Assembly (NCBI GenBank): GCA_963717485.1
Contig: OY970341.1
Location: 1,316,067 to 1,348,066 of the forward strand
DNA: 32,000 nucleotides
Direction of reading: 5' to 3'
From: an uncultured delta proteobacterium
GTDB taxonomy: Bacteria; Desulfobacterota; Syntrophobacteria; Syntrophobacterales; Syntrophobacteraceae
Numbering within the stretch: the stretch's first letter is position 1; each line of letters opens with the position of its first letter. The notes beneath the pieces were generated by a model. That model saw only the letters and a list, made by a program, of their open reading frames with translations, ran no database searches and was not told where the DNA came from. This document shows, piece by piece, positions 1 through 9,667 of the stretch. The translations under genes were made by a program, and so were the position numbers.

Positions 1-1
1 G

Positions 2-2005
2 ATGGAGGAGCAGATCAGGGAAACCAATGCATACCTTGAGAACATATTTGAGGATTCTCCCGATTCCACCGCCATTGTGGATAAGCATGGAAGGTTTATC
101 AGGTGGAACAAAATGGCGGAAGACCTCTACGGCTATACTTTTGAAGAAATGAAGGGCAAGTCTGCCTTCGATCTATACGCTGATAAAGATGAGCTAAAAA
201 GAATGCTTGTGAGCTTGCGCCGGGAAGGCTCGGTTAAGAAATGGGAAATGAGAATGAACAGAAAGGATGGCAGCACTGTCCCATTTGAAATTTCCATTGT
301 CTTGCTCAAAGACAGCCAAAACGAAACTCTTGGGAGTGTTGGCGTTGCAAGGGACATTAGCGGCCACAAGGAGGCATTGGCCGCCCTCAAAGCTTCTAAT
401 GAGCGATTGTATCAGGAAATCACCGAACGTAAACAGGCAGAGGAAACACTTGAACGGCTCAGGCGCCATAACGAGCTAATTTTGAACTCGGCAGGAGAAG
501 GGATTCTGGGATTGGACAGGGAGGGGAGACACACCTTTGTCAACCCCGCCGCCGCCAGGATGCTGGGGTATATGGCCGATGAGCTTATCGGCCGGAAGGG
601 TCGAGATCTTTATCATCATACCAGAGAAAATGGAGGGCTGTACACTCAAGAGGATTGTCCGATTTTTCAAGCTTTCAGGCACGGCAAATCCTGCCAGGTT
701 GCCGAAGAAGTCTTCTGGAGAAAGGATGGGAGCGGTTTTCCGGTCAGATACAGCAGCGCGCCCATTATCGAGGAGGGTGAGGTTGTGGGGGCCGTGGTCA
801 CGTTTCGCGATATCACGGAATACAAGCGGGGAGAGAGGGAAAGAAAAAAACTTGAGGGACAGCTCTTCCATGCTCAGAAGATGGAATCGGTGGGACGGCT
901 GGCCGGCGGCGTGGCGCACGACTTCAACAACATGCTGGGCGTGATCATCGGCCGGGCGGAAATGGCGTTGAATACGGACGTTTCCGTTGAGGATCTTCAA
1001 AGTAACCTCCAGGAAATCCTCAAAGCAGGTCTGCGTTCAGCGGCCCTTACCCGGCAACTGCTGGCATTTGCGCAAATACAGACCTGCATCCCGAAGATAC
1101 TGGATTTGAACGGCACGATCTCGGGCATGCTAAAGAAGTTGCGGGGGCTTATCGGCGAGGATATCGACCTGTTATGGGGGCCGGAGCCGGATGTGTGGAA
1201 AGTCAAAATTGATCCCTCACAGGTGGCGCAGATTCTGGCCAATCTTGTGGTCAATGCCCGCGATGCCATTATCGGAGTCGGCGCCATCGCCTTGAGGACC
1301 GAGAACATTGTGATCGATGATTCCAAGAGGGCCGAGACCCCGGAATTCATTAGCGGACAATACGTCCTGCTGACCGTGAGCGATACCGGAACCGGTATGA
1401 GCCGGGAAGTGTGCGAGAAGATCTTCGAGCCTTTTTTTACGACCAAGGAACTGGGCAAGGGGACCGGGCTGGGATTGGCCACAGTCTTCGGCATCGTTAA
1501 ACAAAACGGCGGTTTTATTTATGTCGCCAGCGAACCGGAGAAAGGAACAACGTTTAAAATCTACCTGCCGCGGTTCGAGGCCGAAACCGCACAGGTTGCC
1601 TCTGAAGAGGTTGCCGTTAAGCCCCCGGCCGGCACTGAAACCATCCTGTTGGTCGAAGACGATGAAGCGATTCTGAACCTCGGTAGGATGATTCTAGAAG
1701 AGCTGGGCTACAGGGTTCTTGCAGCGCCGACCCCACGACACGCCATTCATCTTGCCCAGGATCATGCGGGAGACATTCATCTGCTTATCATGAACGTGGT
1801 AATGCCGGAGATGAACGGGCGGGAACTGGCAGAACAGCTTAGTGTCGTACGCCCGAACCTCAAGTGCCTGTATATGTCAGGCTATACTGCCGACATGGTG
1901 ACACATCGCGGCATCATGGACGCAGGAGTAAATTTCATTCAGAAACCTTTCGGAAGGGATAGTTTCGCGGCAATAGTAAGGCAAATTTTGGACCACGTGA
2001 AATAG
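2..2005 (+). CDS. Hybrid sensor histidine kinase (PAS-PAS-HisKA-HATPase_c-receiver); the true 5' end may lie upstream of the window
   Basis: Track ORF 2..2005. Two PAS-like blocks. H-box VAHDFNNMLGVI. ATPase N/G boxes (NLVVNARDA, DTGTGM, GKGTGLGLA). C-terminal receiver (ILLVEDDEAIL ... YMSGYT ... IQKPF). The frame is open to base 2, so the start is not defined. Confidence 0.9.
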   Translation: MEEQIRETNAYLENIFEDSPDSTAIVDKHGRFIRWNKMAEDLYGYTFEEMKGKSAFDLYADKDELKRMLVSLRREGSVKKWEMRMNRKDGSTVPFEISIVLLKDSQNETLGSVGVARDISGHKEALAALKASNERLYQEITERKQAEETLERLRRHNELILNSAGEGILGLDREGRHTFVNPAAARMLGYMADELIGRKGRDLYHHTRENGGLYTQEDCPIFQAFRHGKSCQVAEEVFWRKDGSGFPVRYSSAPIIEEGEVVGAVVTFRDITEYKRGERERKKLEGQLFHAQKMESVGRLAGGVAHDFNNMLGVIIGRAEMALNTDVSVEDLQSNLQEILKAGLRSAALTRQLLAFAQIQTCIPKILDLNGTISGMLKKLRGLIGEDIDLLWGPEPDVWKVKIDPSQVAQILANLVVNARDAIIGVGAIALRTENIVIDDSKRAETPEFISGQYVLLTVSDTGTGMSREVCEKIFEPFFTTKELGKGTGLGLATVFGIVKQNGGFIYVASEPEKGTTFKIYLPRFEAETAQVASEEVAVKPPAGTETILLVEDDEAILNLGRMILEELGYRVLAAPTPRHAIHLAQDHAGDIHLLIMNVVMPEMNGRELAEQLSVVRPNLKCLYMSGYTADMVTHRGIMDAGVNFIQKPFGRDSFAAIVRQILDHVK

Positions 2006-2072
2006 ATGGCCAAAAGATCGTGCCGGCGTTGCTCTTCCCGCCCATGACAAAATAAACTATGCTTCACTATGA

Positions 2073-2106
2073 CCCCGCCGATCATTGCTGGCGGGGTTTG
2101 TTTTTG
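2073..2106 (+). terminator. Rho-independent terminator after the hybrid kinase
   Basis: ccccgcc (2073-2079) / 10-nt loop / ggcgggg (2090-2096), followed by tttgttttt. Confidence 0.7.
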
Positions 2107-2301
2107 ACTATTTGCCATCATTCCCACCATTGCCCCTCTACGAAATCCCCCTCCCTTGATTGTTGCCCCAGTAGATCTTTTCGCACCGCAATGTACTCCC
2201 TGGTTTGATTTTTATCGGGAACTTTTTCCAGTTTCAAATGTACACAATGGGTGAGAGATTGCGATAATCCCAAGAGCACAGGGGGGAGCGGGGCCTACCA
2301 T

Positions 2302-2445
2302 ATGGATGTGATCGAGGAAGCAAAGATAATCCGTCAGGTGCAGGCCGGCAGCACCGATGATTTCGCGTATCTTGTGCACCGTTATAAGAGCGGACTGTTC
2401 CGGGTCGTGGGCAACCTGGTCCGTTCGGCCCCCGCTATACGCTGA
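2302..2445 (+). pseudogene. N-terminal stub of an ECF (sigma-70 family) sigma factor
   Basis: MDVIEEAKIIRQVQAGSTDDFAYLVHRYKSGLFRVVGNLVRS resembles the region 2.1/2.2 start of ECF sigma factors. The ORF stops after about 48 aa, and no region 2.4 or region 4 follows in any frame. Confidence 0.5.
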
Positions 2446-2805
2446 ATATTGGTTCCAAAATCAAGGTGCCAGGGGTATATTTCAAAATGTCCTGATTGTA
2501 GTTAGTTTCCGTCCGGAAAGGGTCCTTTTCCGCCCTGGGGCGGTGGGACCGCCAGCCGACTTGGCCGCTGCCTTCGGCGGCGGCACAAACATGATCTCGA
2601 CGCTCCGCGAGGCGGTACCCAGGTACGCCTCCGCGCAACCCATCGATTTCCTTGCCAGTACGAAAAATGCCTCCTTTTCGAACAGAAACCTCGCGGGGCG
2701 TGGAATTTGTCCCGGAGTTTCCGGATGGACACTAGTTAATGCCCTATGATTATCCCTGCACGAAGAATCTCAAGTTGACCTTGCAGGCCGGGAGGCCATA
2801 CGACC

Positions 2806-4004
2806 ATGTCCAAAACGTTTACGCATCTGTTTGCTCCTTTGCAAATCAAGCATCTTACCCTGAAAAACCGTATCTGCATGTCGCCGGTGAGTACCAATTT
2901 TTCCACTCCCAAGGGGAGGTGACGCCGCGCCTTCTTGATCACTATGGGGCGAGGGCGCGTGGAGGGGCCGGTTTGATAATCGTTGAGGGAACTTGTGTCC
3001 ACCTCAGCGGAAAGGCCTTTGTTAACCAACTCGGAGCTTATGAGGACGGTTTCATTCCAGGGCTCGAGAGTCTGGCACGGACCATCAGGACAAATGGCGC
3101 CGCAAGCATCATGCAGCTTCACCATGGCGGACGGCAGGCCAACCAGAAGATTTCCGGCATTCACCCCCTTGCTCCTTCGGCCGTTGCCTGTCCTATATCT
3201 CGGGTCATGCCCAAGGAGATGACCCATCAGGAGATTGCCGAAATAAAAGAGGCCTTTATCGAAGCTGCCTCCAGAGGTAAAGAAGCAGGATTTGACGGGG
3301 TGGAGTTCCACGCCGCTCACGAATATCTGGTCTCTGAGTTTCTCTCACCGTACACCAACAAAAGAACCGATGAGTACGGCGGGAGCCTGGAAAACAGGCT
3401 GCGGCTCCTGGTCGATATAATCCGGGGCGCCCGGCTCAAGCTGGGACCCGACTTTATAATCTCTGTGCGAATAAATGGCGAGGACTACATACCAGGGGGG
3501 CTGACCATCGCTGACGCAATTGAGATAGCGAGGGTGCTGGAAGCCGAGGGCGTAGACATTCTCAACGTATTGGGCGGGGTCTACGTAACGCCGCATCTGG
3601 TCATCCCTCCACTACCTCTTGGCCCTGGAGTTCATCTCCACCTCTCCGCTGCTATTAAGGGCGCCGTGAGCATCCCGGTGATCGGAGTGGGACGGATTCA
3701 CCCGGAATTTGCTGAACGCGCCCTGGCAGAGGGTAAGGCGGACCTTGTGGCACTGGGTCGCGCTCTTGTTGCCGACCCCGAGTGGCCCCAAAAGACCTTG
3801 GATGGCAATATAGAAGATATTCGGCCTTGTCTGGGTTGTAACCAGGGATGCATCGACAACTTGCTAAGGCACAAAGATATCACCTGTACGTTGAACCCTG
3901 CGGTGGGAAAAGATCGGGATTATGCCTCCGAAGCAGCGGAACATCCTCAAACTGTGGTAGTCGTGGGGGCAGGACCGGCGGAGATTCGCCGCCCGGATCA
4001 CTAG
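2806..4004 (+). pseudogene. Old Yellow Enzyme / 2,4-dienoyl-CoA reductase-type NADH:flavin oxidoreductase, frameshifted near the 5' end and truncated at the 3' end
   Basis: ATG 2806 (GGGAGG 10 nt upstream) encodes MSKTFTHLFAPLQIKHLTLKNRICMSPVSTNFSTPKGR and stops at TGA 2920-2922. The family sequence continues in the -1 frame (track ORF 2739..4004): GEVTPRLLDHYGARARGGAGLIIVEG...MQLHHGGRQA...EFHAAHEYL. The ORF ends ...VVVVGAGPAEIRRPDH*, just as the FAD/NAD(P) GxGxxG domain begins. Confidence 0.75.
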
Positions 4005-4048
4005 CGTCTTCTTCCTTACCGAACCTGCCCGACCGCATCCCGCAGTAG

Positions 4049-4114
4049 TTCAACGAAACGGTTGCCGGCCGGTTCTCGATTGGCTGCCCGGCTGAGGGGC
4101 TTTTCCGATATGAC
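4049..4114 (-). pseudogene. arfB remnant R1 (about 20 codons)
   Basis: The minus strand translates VISEKPLSRAANREPAGNRF. Compare intact ArfB VISQKTRSQAANRELALERF (12301..12726) and remnant R2. At DNA level it is a near-repeat of 6791-6852. Confidence 0.6.
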
Positions 4115-4337
4115 TTACATACTTTGAGACGGGGCAAAGTTAATGTGTTGGCAAGATTTTCTGATTTTCCTAAGCTCCATTTCTTGCCCGCCTCCGTTCC
4201 CGCTATGCCCGGTTGCCTGACCGCCCAATAGGCCGCAACACTCTTGGTCTTCACCATCGAGCTCTTTGCCCGAAGATCTGATTCGAGCCTGCGCAACGGC
4301 AAATATCATGAAACCTGACCTTGTGGTGAAAAACTCC

Positions 4338-4366
4338 TTGACGCGCGGACAATCCCTGTTTATAAA
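4338..4366 (+). promoter_or_regulatory. Sigma-70-like promoter upstream of the TetR gene
   Basis: TTGACG (4338-4343), 17-nt spacer, TATAAA (4361-4366). It lies 46 nt upstream of ATG 4412. Confidence 0.5.
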
Positions 4367-4367
4367 A

Positions 4368-4381
4368 CAGACCGGTCGGTC
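4368..4381. promoter_or_regulatory. Inverted repeat AGACCG-gt-CGGTCT; candidate TetR operator at the predicted transcription start
   Basis: Two 6-bp arms around a 2-bp centre, immediately after the -10 element. TetR regulators commonly autoregulate through such palindromes. Confidence 0.35.
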
Positions 4382-4411
4382 TTTTTTGAGCAAGAGAAGC
4401 AACGTCCATCA

Positions 4412-5020
4412 ATGGGAGAAGCAATGTCAACCAAAGGCCTTCGCACCCGCCAGGAAATCGTCGAGGCGTCTCTCCAGCTCTTTTCCGTCAAGGGCTACTA
4501 CAATACGTCGATCTCCGACATCCTCCAGGATACCGGCTTGACGAAAGGGGGGCTCTACGGCCACTTCGGAAGCAAGGAGGAAATCTGGGGTGCGGCCTAC
4601 GAGCGTTCAGTGCAGATCTGGCAAGGGATCGTATTCGAGGGAGTCCGGGAGATCTCGCACCCCGTCGAGCGGGTCATGCACGCCTTGGAGAACGACCTTC
4701 GCAACTACATCGGAGGCGAGGTCTTCCGGGGGGGATGTTTTTTCTTCAACATGCTCGTCGAGCTTTCCGGCCAGTCGGAGCCGATGGCACGTCGGATTCT
4801 GGACGGCTATCGGACCTTCTCGAACCTCCTCGCTTCCTGGATCGAAGAGGCCCGCGAGTTCGGGATCCTGAGGGCTGAAGTGGACTCCCGAGAGGTGGCC
4901 GACTTCATCCTGACTGCCATCAACGGCGCCGCAGTGCTCTACGCGGCAAGTCGAGAGCCGACGATCCTAGAGGAGACGATCCACCAGCTCCGCCTCCACC
5001 TGGACTGTCTGAAATGCTAG
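4412..5020 (+). CDS. TetR/AcrR family transcriptional regulator
   Basis: N-terminal helix-turn-helix TRQEIVEASLQLFSVKGYYNTSISDILQDTGLTKGGLYGHFGSKEEI. The in-frame ATG at 4424 has a better SD (GGGAGAAG) and may be the real start. Confidence 0.9.
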   Translation: MGEAMSTKGLRTRQEIVEASLQLFSVKGYYNTSISDILQDTGLTKGGLYGHFGSKEEIWGAAYERSVQIWQGIVFEGVREISHPVERVMHALENDLRNYIGGEVFRGGCFFFNMLVELSGQSEPMARRILDGYRTFSNLLASWIEEAREFGILRAEVDSREVADFILTAINGAAVLYAASREPTILEETIHQLRLHLDCLKC

Positions 5021-5053
5021 AAGCCCTGACCGCCAGCAGAAAAGGAACAATCC

Positions 5054-5158
5054 ATGACAAAGAAAGCGATCCGAGAATACGCCCTGAGCCTGGGCGTGGA
5101 CGACGTGGACATCGCATCCACTTCTGACATGACATCCAACCAGAAGTACAAGCTGTGA
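5054..5158 (+). pseudogene. 34-aa ORF resembling the N-terminus of a QueG-like Fe-S protein (stub of a displaced paralogue)
   Basis: MTKKAIREYALSLGVDDVDIAS has the same pattern as the start of the next gene (MKKLTSLVKAFALQSGAQVVGIAS). AAAGGA lies upstream. Its TGA (5156-5158) overlaps the GTG start at 5155. Confidence 0.4.
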
Positions 5159-5970
5159 AGAAGCTGACAAGTCTCGTAAAAGCATTTGCTTTACAATCCG
5201 GAGCCCAGGTTGTCGGAATTGCATCCGCTGAAATCATGAATCAACATGCATTGGAAGGACAAAAGCCTGAGCAAAATCTCCCTGATGCCAAGGCGGTGAT
5301 TTCTTTCGGGATCAGAATGTTGGATTCAATTTTCAAGACACCCAATGTCCGCATTTCGAGACTGAGCTACATGTACCTTCATGATGCTCTGGACAAAACC
5401 GCCTGGAAGATGGCGACCCAACTGGAGGATATGGGATTTGACGCCATTCCGATGCCTTCTCTTGGACCAGTAGAGATGATGGAGAAAGGAGGGATCGTGG
5501 GAGATATATCGCTGCGCCATGCGGCGGTCCAGGCAGGATTGGGACGGATCGGTTTGAGTCATCATCTTCTGCATCCCGATTTCGGTCCGCGCCTGCGGTT
5601 AGGCTGTGTGATTACCACTGCTCCATTAATTGCGGATGAACCCATAAAGGATGAAATATGTTTGGGCGAGAAATGCAGCTCATGCGTAAAATCCTGTCCT
5701 GGGGAGGCGCTAAAGAAAAGGTTCGGGCTGAAAGGATGTTTGTCCGTCACACATAAATACAATCTGTATGGGCTATTGAAGCAGATTAACAAAATTATGG
5801 ATACAAATGATCCAGAGGAGAAAAAAAGGCTCATTTTTGACAGGACAATCAGCGAAGTTTATATGAGCTTACGTACGGGAGACCCGCCTTTTTGCATTAA
5901 ATGTGTTGAGGTATGCCCCATAGGAAAATCCAGAAGTATCAGCGTTCGATCGAAAGGAGGCCTGTCATGA
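5155..5970 (+). CDS. Epoxyqueuosine-reductase-like / reductive-dehalogenase-related 4Fe-4S protein
   Basis: Track ORF with GTG start. Central RHAAVQAGLGRIGLSHHLLHPDFGPRLRLGCVITTAPL block. Two ferredoxin-type Cys clusters (CLGEKCSSCVKSCP, CIKCVEVCP). Confidence 0.7.
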   Translation: MKKLTSLVKAFALQSGAQVVGIASAEIMNQHALEGQKPEQNLPDAKAVISFGIRMLDSIFKTPNVRISRLSYMYLHDALDKTAWKMATQLEDMGFDAIPMPSLGPVEMMEKGGIVGDISLRHAAVQAGLGRIGLSHHLLHPDFGPRLRLGCVITTAPLIADEPIKDEICLGEKCSSCVKSCPGEALKKRFGLKGCLSVTHKYNLYGLLKQINKIMDTNDPEEKKRLIFDRTISEVYMSLRTGDPPFCIKCVEVCPIGKSRSISVRSKGGLS

Positions 5971-6284
5971 TAGTTACTGCCACGGAAGCAAAGCAAAGAA
6001 ACTTTCTGGGTGTGGATTTCGTAGTTCTGTCTTACGGGCCTGATACGATTGTGACCAAAATGTTATATAAGAAAGAAGACAACGTTCCTTTTCACAAGCA
6101 TCCAAATGAGCAAAGCGGATTTGTAATATCGGGGAAGTACAGAATTCAATTTGAAAATTGGATTCAAGAAATTGGACCCGATGATACCTACTCTATTCCA
6201 CAAAATATCGAGCATAGGATAGAAATTTTAGAGCCTGGTGAGGTGGTGGACTTCTTTTCTCCTCCGAGACTAGATTATTTGTAA
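5967..6284 (+). CDS. Cupin-domain protein
   Basis: ATG 5967 overlaps the upstream stop (ATGA) and is preceded by AAAGGAGG (5953-5960). Cupin-like motifs FHKHPNEQSGFVISG and IPQNIEHRIE. Confidence 0.75.
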   Translation: MIVTATEAKQRNFLGVDFVVLSYGPDTIVTKMLYKKEDNVPFHKHPNEQSGFVISGKYRIQFENWIQEIGPDDTYSIPQNIEHRIEILEPGEVVDFFSPPRLDYL

Positions 6285-6309
6285 ATAGCTCGGACGAAGG
6301 AGCCAAGAG

Positions 6310-6765
6310 ATGCAGGGCTGTGTACCTCAAGACGACAACTACGAAATGCGAGTCCGAGAGAGCTTCTCCAAGCAGAAGCTGATGCAAACCATTGGAGCGA
6401 CTCTAACGAAGGTGATACCGGGGGAGGTTGAAATATCACTCGAATTCCGAGACGATCTAACGCAACAGCACGGCTTCATCCATGCCGGTATTGTTGCCAC
6501 CCTTGCCGATACCGCCTGTGGCTATGCCGCATTCAGCCTGATGGCTCCTGATGCGGCAGTGCTCACCGTAGAATACAAAATAAACCTGCTGTCACCTGCC
6601 GTAGGGGAATCATTGATTGCATGTGGAAAGGTAACCAAACCGGGACGCACTCTCACGGTGTGCTCAGGAGATGTATTTGTATTGAAAGATGGAGAGAAAA
6701 AGATGGTAGCTACCATGATTGCCACGATGATGAGCATTCGTGGTCGGGAAGGGTTGATTGGGTGA
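6310..6765 (+). CDS. PaaI-family hotdog-fold thioesterase
   Basis: GAAGGAG lies 7 nt upstream. QQHGFIHAGIVATLADTACGYA ... TVEYKINLLSPA ... GRTLTVCSGDVF is typical of PaaI/YdiI-type thioesterases. Confidence 0.85.
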   Translation: MQGCVPQDDNYEMRVRESFSKQKLMQTIGATLTKVIPGEVEISLEFRDDLTQQHGFIHAGIVATLADTACGYAAFSLMAPDAAVLTVEYKINLLSPAVGESLIACGKVTKPGRTLTVCSGDVFVLKDGEKKMVATMIATMMSIRGREGLIG

Positions 6766-6790
6766 CCAAAATGTGAAGGCAAATGTTTTT

Positions 6791-6952
6791 TTCAAAACGG
6801 TTGCTGGCCGGTTCCCGATTGGCTGCCCGGCTGCGGGTCTTTTGCGATATGACGCGAAGAACGCCATCTCTGCCGATGCGGCTGCCAATGCGGCGCACAA
6901 TAAGTTCTTTCTGCTCCGGAGAAAGGGTAGGGGAGTTTATCACGTCGAACCA
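6791..6952 (-). pseudogene. arfB remnant R2 (central part of the gene; the GGQ region and the 3' tail are missing)
   Basis: The minus strand translates LWFDVINSPTLSPEQKELIVRRIGSRIGRDGVLRVISQKTRSRAANREPASNRF. This is collinear with residues ~39-95 of the intact ArfB at 12301..12726. DNA is clearly alignable with 12467-12609. Homology breaks at 6952. Confidence 0.85.
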
Positions 6953-7142
6953 CAGGGGCATTCCAGAACTTACCGTGTTCAATTTATAAAATATTTAACC
7001 CGACAGAAATCAAGCCCTCGCAAAACTGCCTTATAAACCCGGCAACTGAAATGACACCATTTGGAAATAGCTTCGTCACAATTCAACTGTAGACTAAAAA
7101 ACTTCTGTTTCGTGGGCTTGTGCATTGGCCGAGGAGGTTTCC

Positions 7143-8785
<1,643 letters not shown>

Positions 8786-8845
8786 TCGAGCAAAGGCATC
8801 AGAGTGTGGTTACAAATCAGTGTTTTCAATAATGGCTAAAACTGC

Positions 8846-9646
8846 GTGCAGGAAAATGATTTCGATAATCTGATCCGAGGGCTCTGGAGAAGTTGGTACT
8901 CTAAAGCTTTGCAGATGGCGGTGATCGTCGTGATCATAATCATCTGTTTTTATTATGTAGGTCTACTGGACGGTCCCCGTCTCAAGGATGGGATCCCCAG
9001 TATATTCCAACTGATGGTGGAGAGCATTCCACCCGATTTCAGTGATGCCGAGAGCTGGATAAGGCCGATTTTTGACACGCTTGCAATGAGCATCGCTGGA
9101 ACGGCCCTTGCCATTTGCTTTTCACTGCCCATTTCGGTTTGTGCAGCCAGGAACACCAGCCCGCATCCGATTTTATATCAGGCATCGAGATGGGTTCTTA
9201 ATGGACTGCGCTCCATTCCCGAATTGATAATGGGCATCATCTTCGTGGCGGCTGTGGGTTTCGGTCCTCTGCCGGGCGTCCTGGCGCTGGGACTCCATTC
9301 AGTAGGAATGGTGGGCAAATTCTTTGCTGAGGCGATCGAGCACGCGGCCGTCGAGCCGATCGAGGCGGTCAAGGCCGCCGGGGCGGACAATATTCAGGTG
9401 ATTCTGCACGGCGTGCTTCCCCAAGTTCTCCCCCAGATGATGGACGTCTCCATTTACCGATGGGAATACAACTTCAGGGCTTCCACGGTTATGGGCATGA
9501 TAGGCGCCGGCGGAATCGGGTTTCAACTTGTCGCATCGCTTCGTATCATGCAGTACAGGGAAGTCTCTGCAATTCTTTTGGTAATCCTGTTCATGGTTAC
9601 CGTGGTGGATACCCTGGGGTCGCATCTTCGAAAAAGATTCAAGTAA
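8846..9646 (+). CDS. ptxC: Phosphite/phosphonate ABC transporter permease (PhnE/PtxC type)
   Basis: Multi-pass membrane protein with PhnE-like blocks (RSIPELIMGIIFVAAVGFGPLPGVLAL, WEYNFRASTVMGMIGAGGIG). GTG start without a clear SD, so the start is uncertain. Confidence 0.8.
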   Translation: MQENDFDNLIRGLWRSWYSKALQMAVIVVIIIICFYYVGLLDGPRLKDGIPSIFQLMVESIPPDFSDAESWIRPIFDTLAMSIAGTALAICFSLPISVCAARNTSPHPILYQASRWVLNGLRSIPELIMGIIFVAAVGFGPLPGVLALGLHSVGMVGKFFAEAIEHAAVEPIEAVKAAGADNIQVILHGVLPQVLPQMMDVSIYRWEYNFRASTVMGMIGAGGIGFQLVASLRIMQYREVSAILLVILFMVTVVDTLGSHLRKRFK

Positions 9647-9667
9647 TCTCAAGGCTGGAGAAGCGCA

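Noticed and set aside
133-1504. Several 85-174-aa ORFs antisense to, or out of frame with, the hybrid kinase (e.g. 476..1000 -, 997..1494 -, 537..944 +).
   Set aside because: They lie entirely inside a well-supported kinase CDS, have no motifs or SD, and have Arg/Ser/Pro-biased composition typical of shadow ORFs.
2357-2749. ORFs of 67-130 aa in the gap between the sigma stub and the reductase (2357..2749 +, 2435..2638 -, 2502..2732 -).
   Set aside because: They overlap one another, look non-protein-like (Arg/Gly/Pro-rich), and have no SD or recognisable family. I treat the region as non-coding or decayed.
4115-4402. 95-aa minus-strand ORF between arfB remnant R1 and the TetR gene.
   Set aside because: No SD and no recognisable motifs. 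It runs across the strong plus-strand promoter and palindrome.
7071-7093. Possible Pho-box-like direct repeats (ttcGTCACaattcaaCTGTAgac) upstream of ptxA.
   Set aside because: Only a weak resemblance to the enterobacterial CTGTCAT-N4-CTGTCAT consensus. The PhoB site of this lineage is unknown to me, so this cannot be supported from sequence alone.
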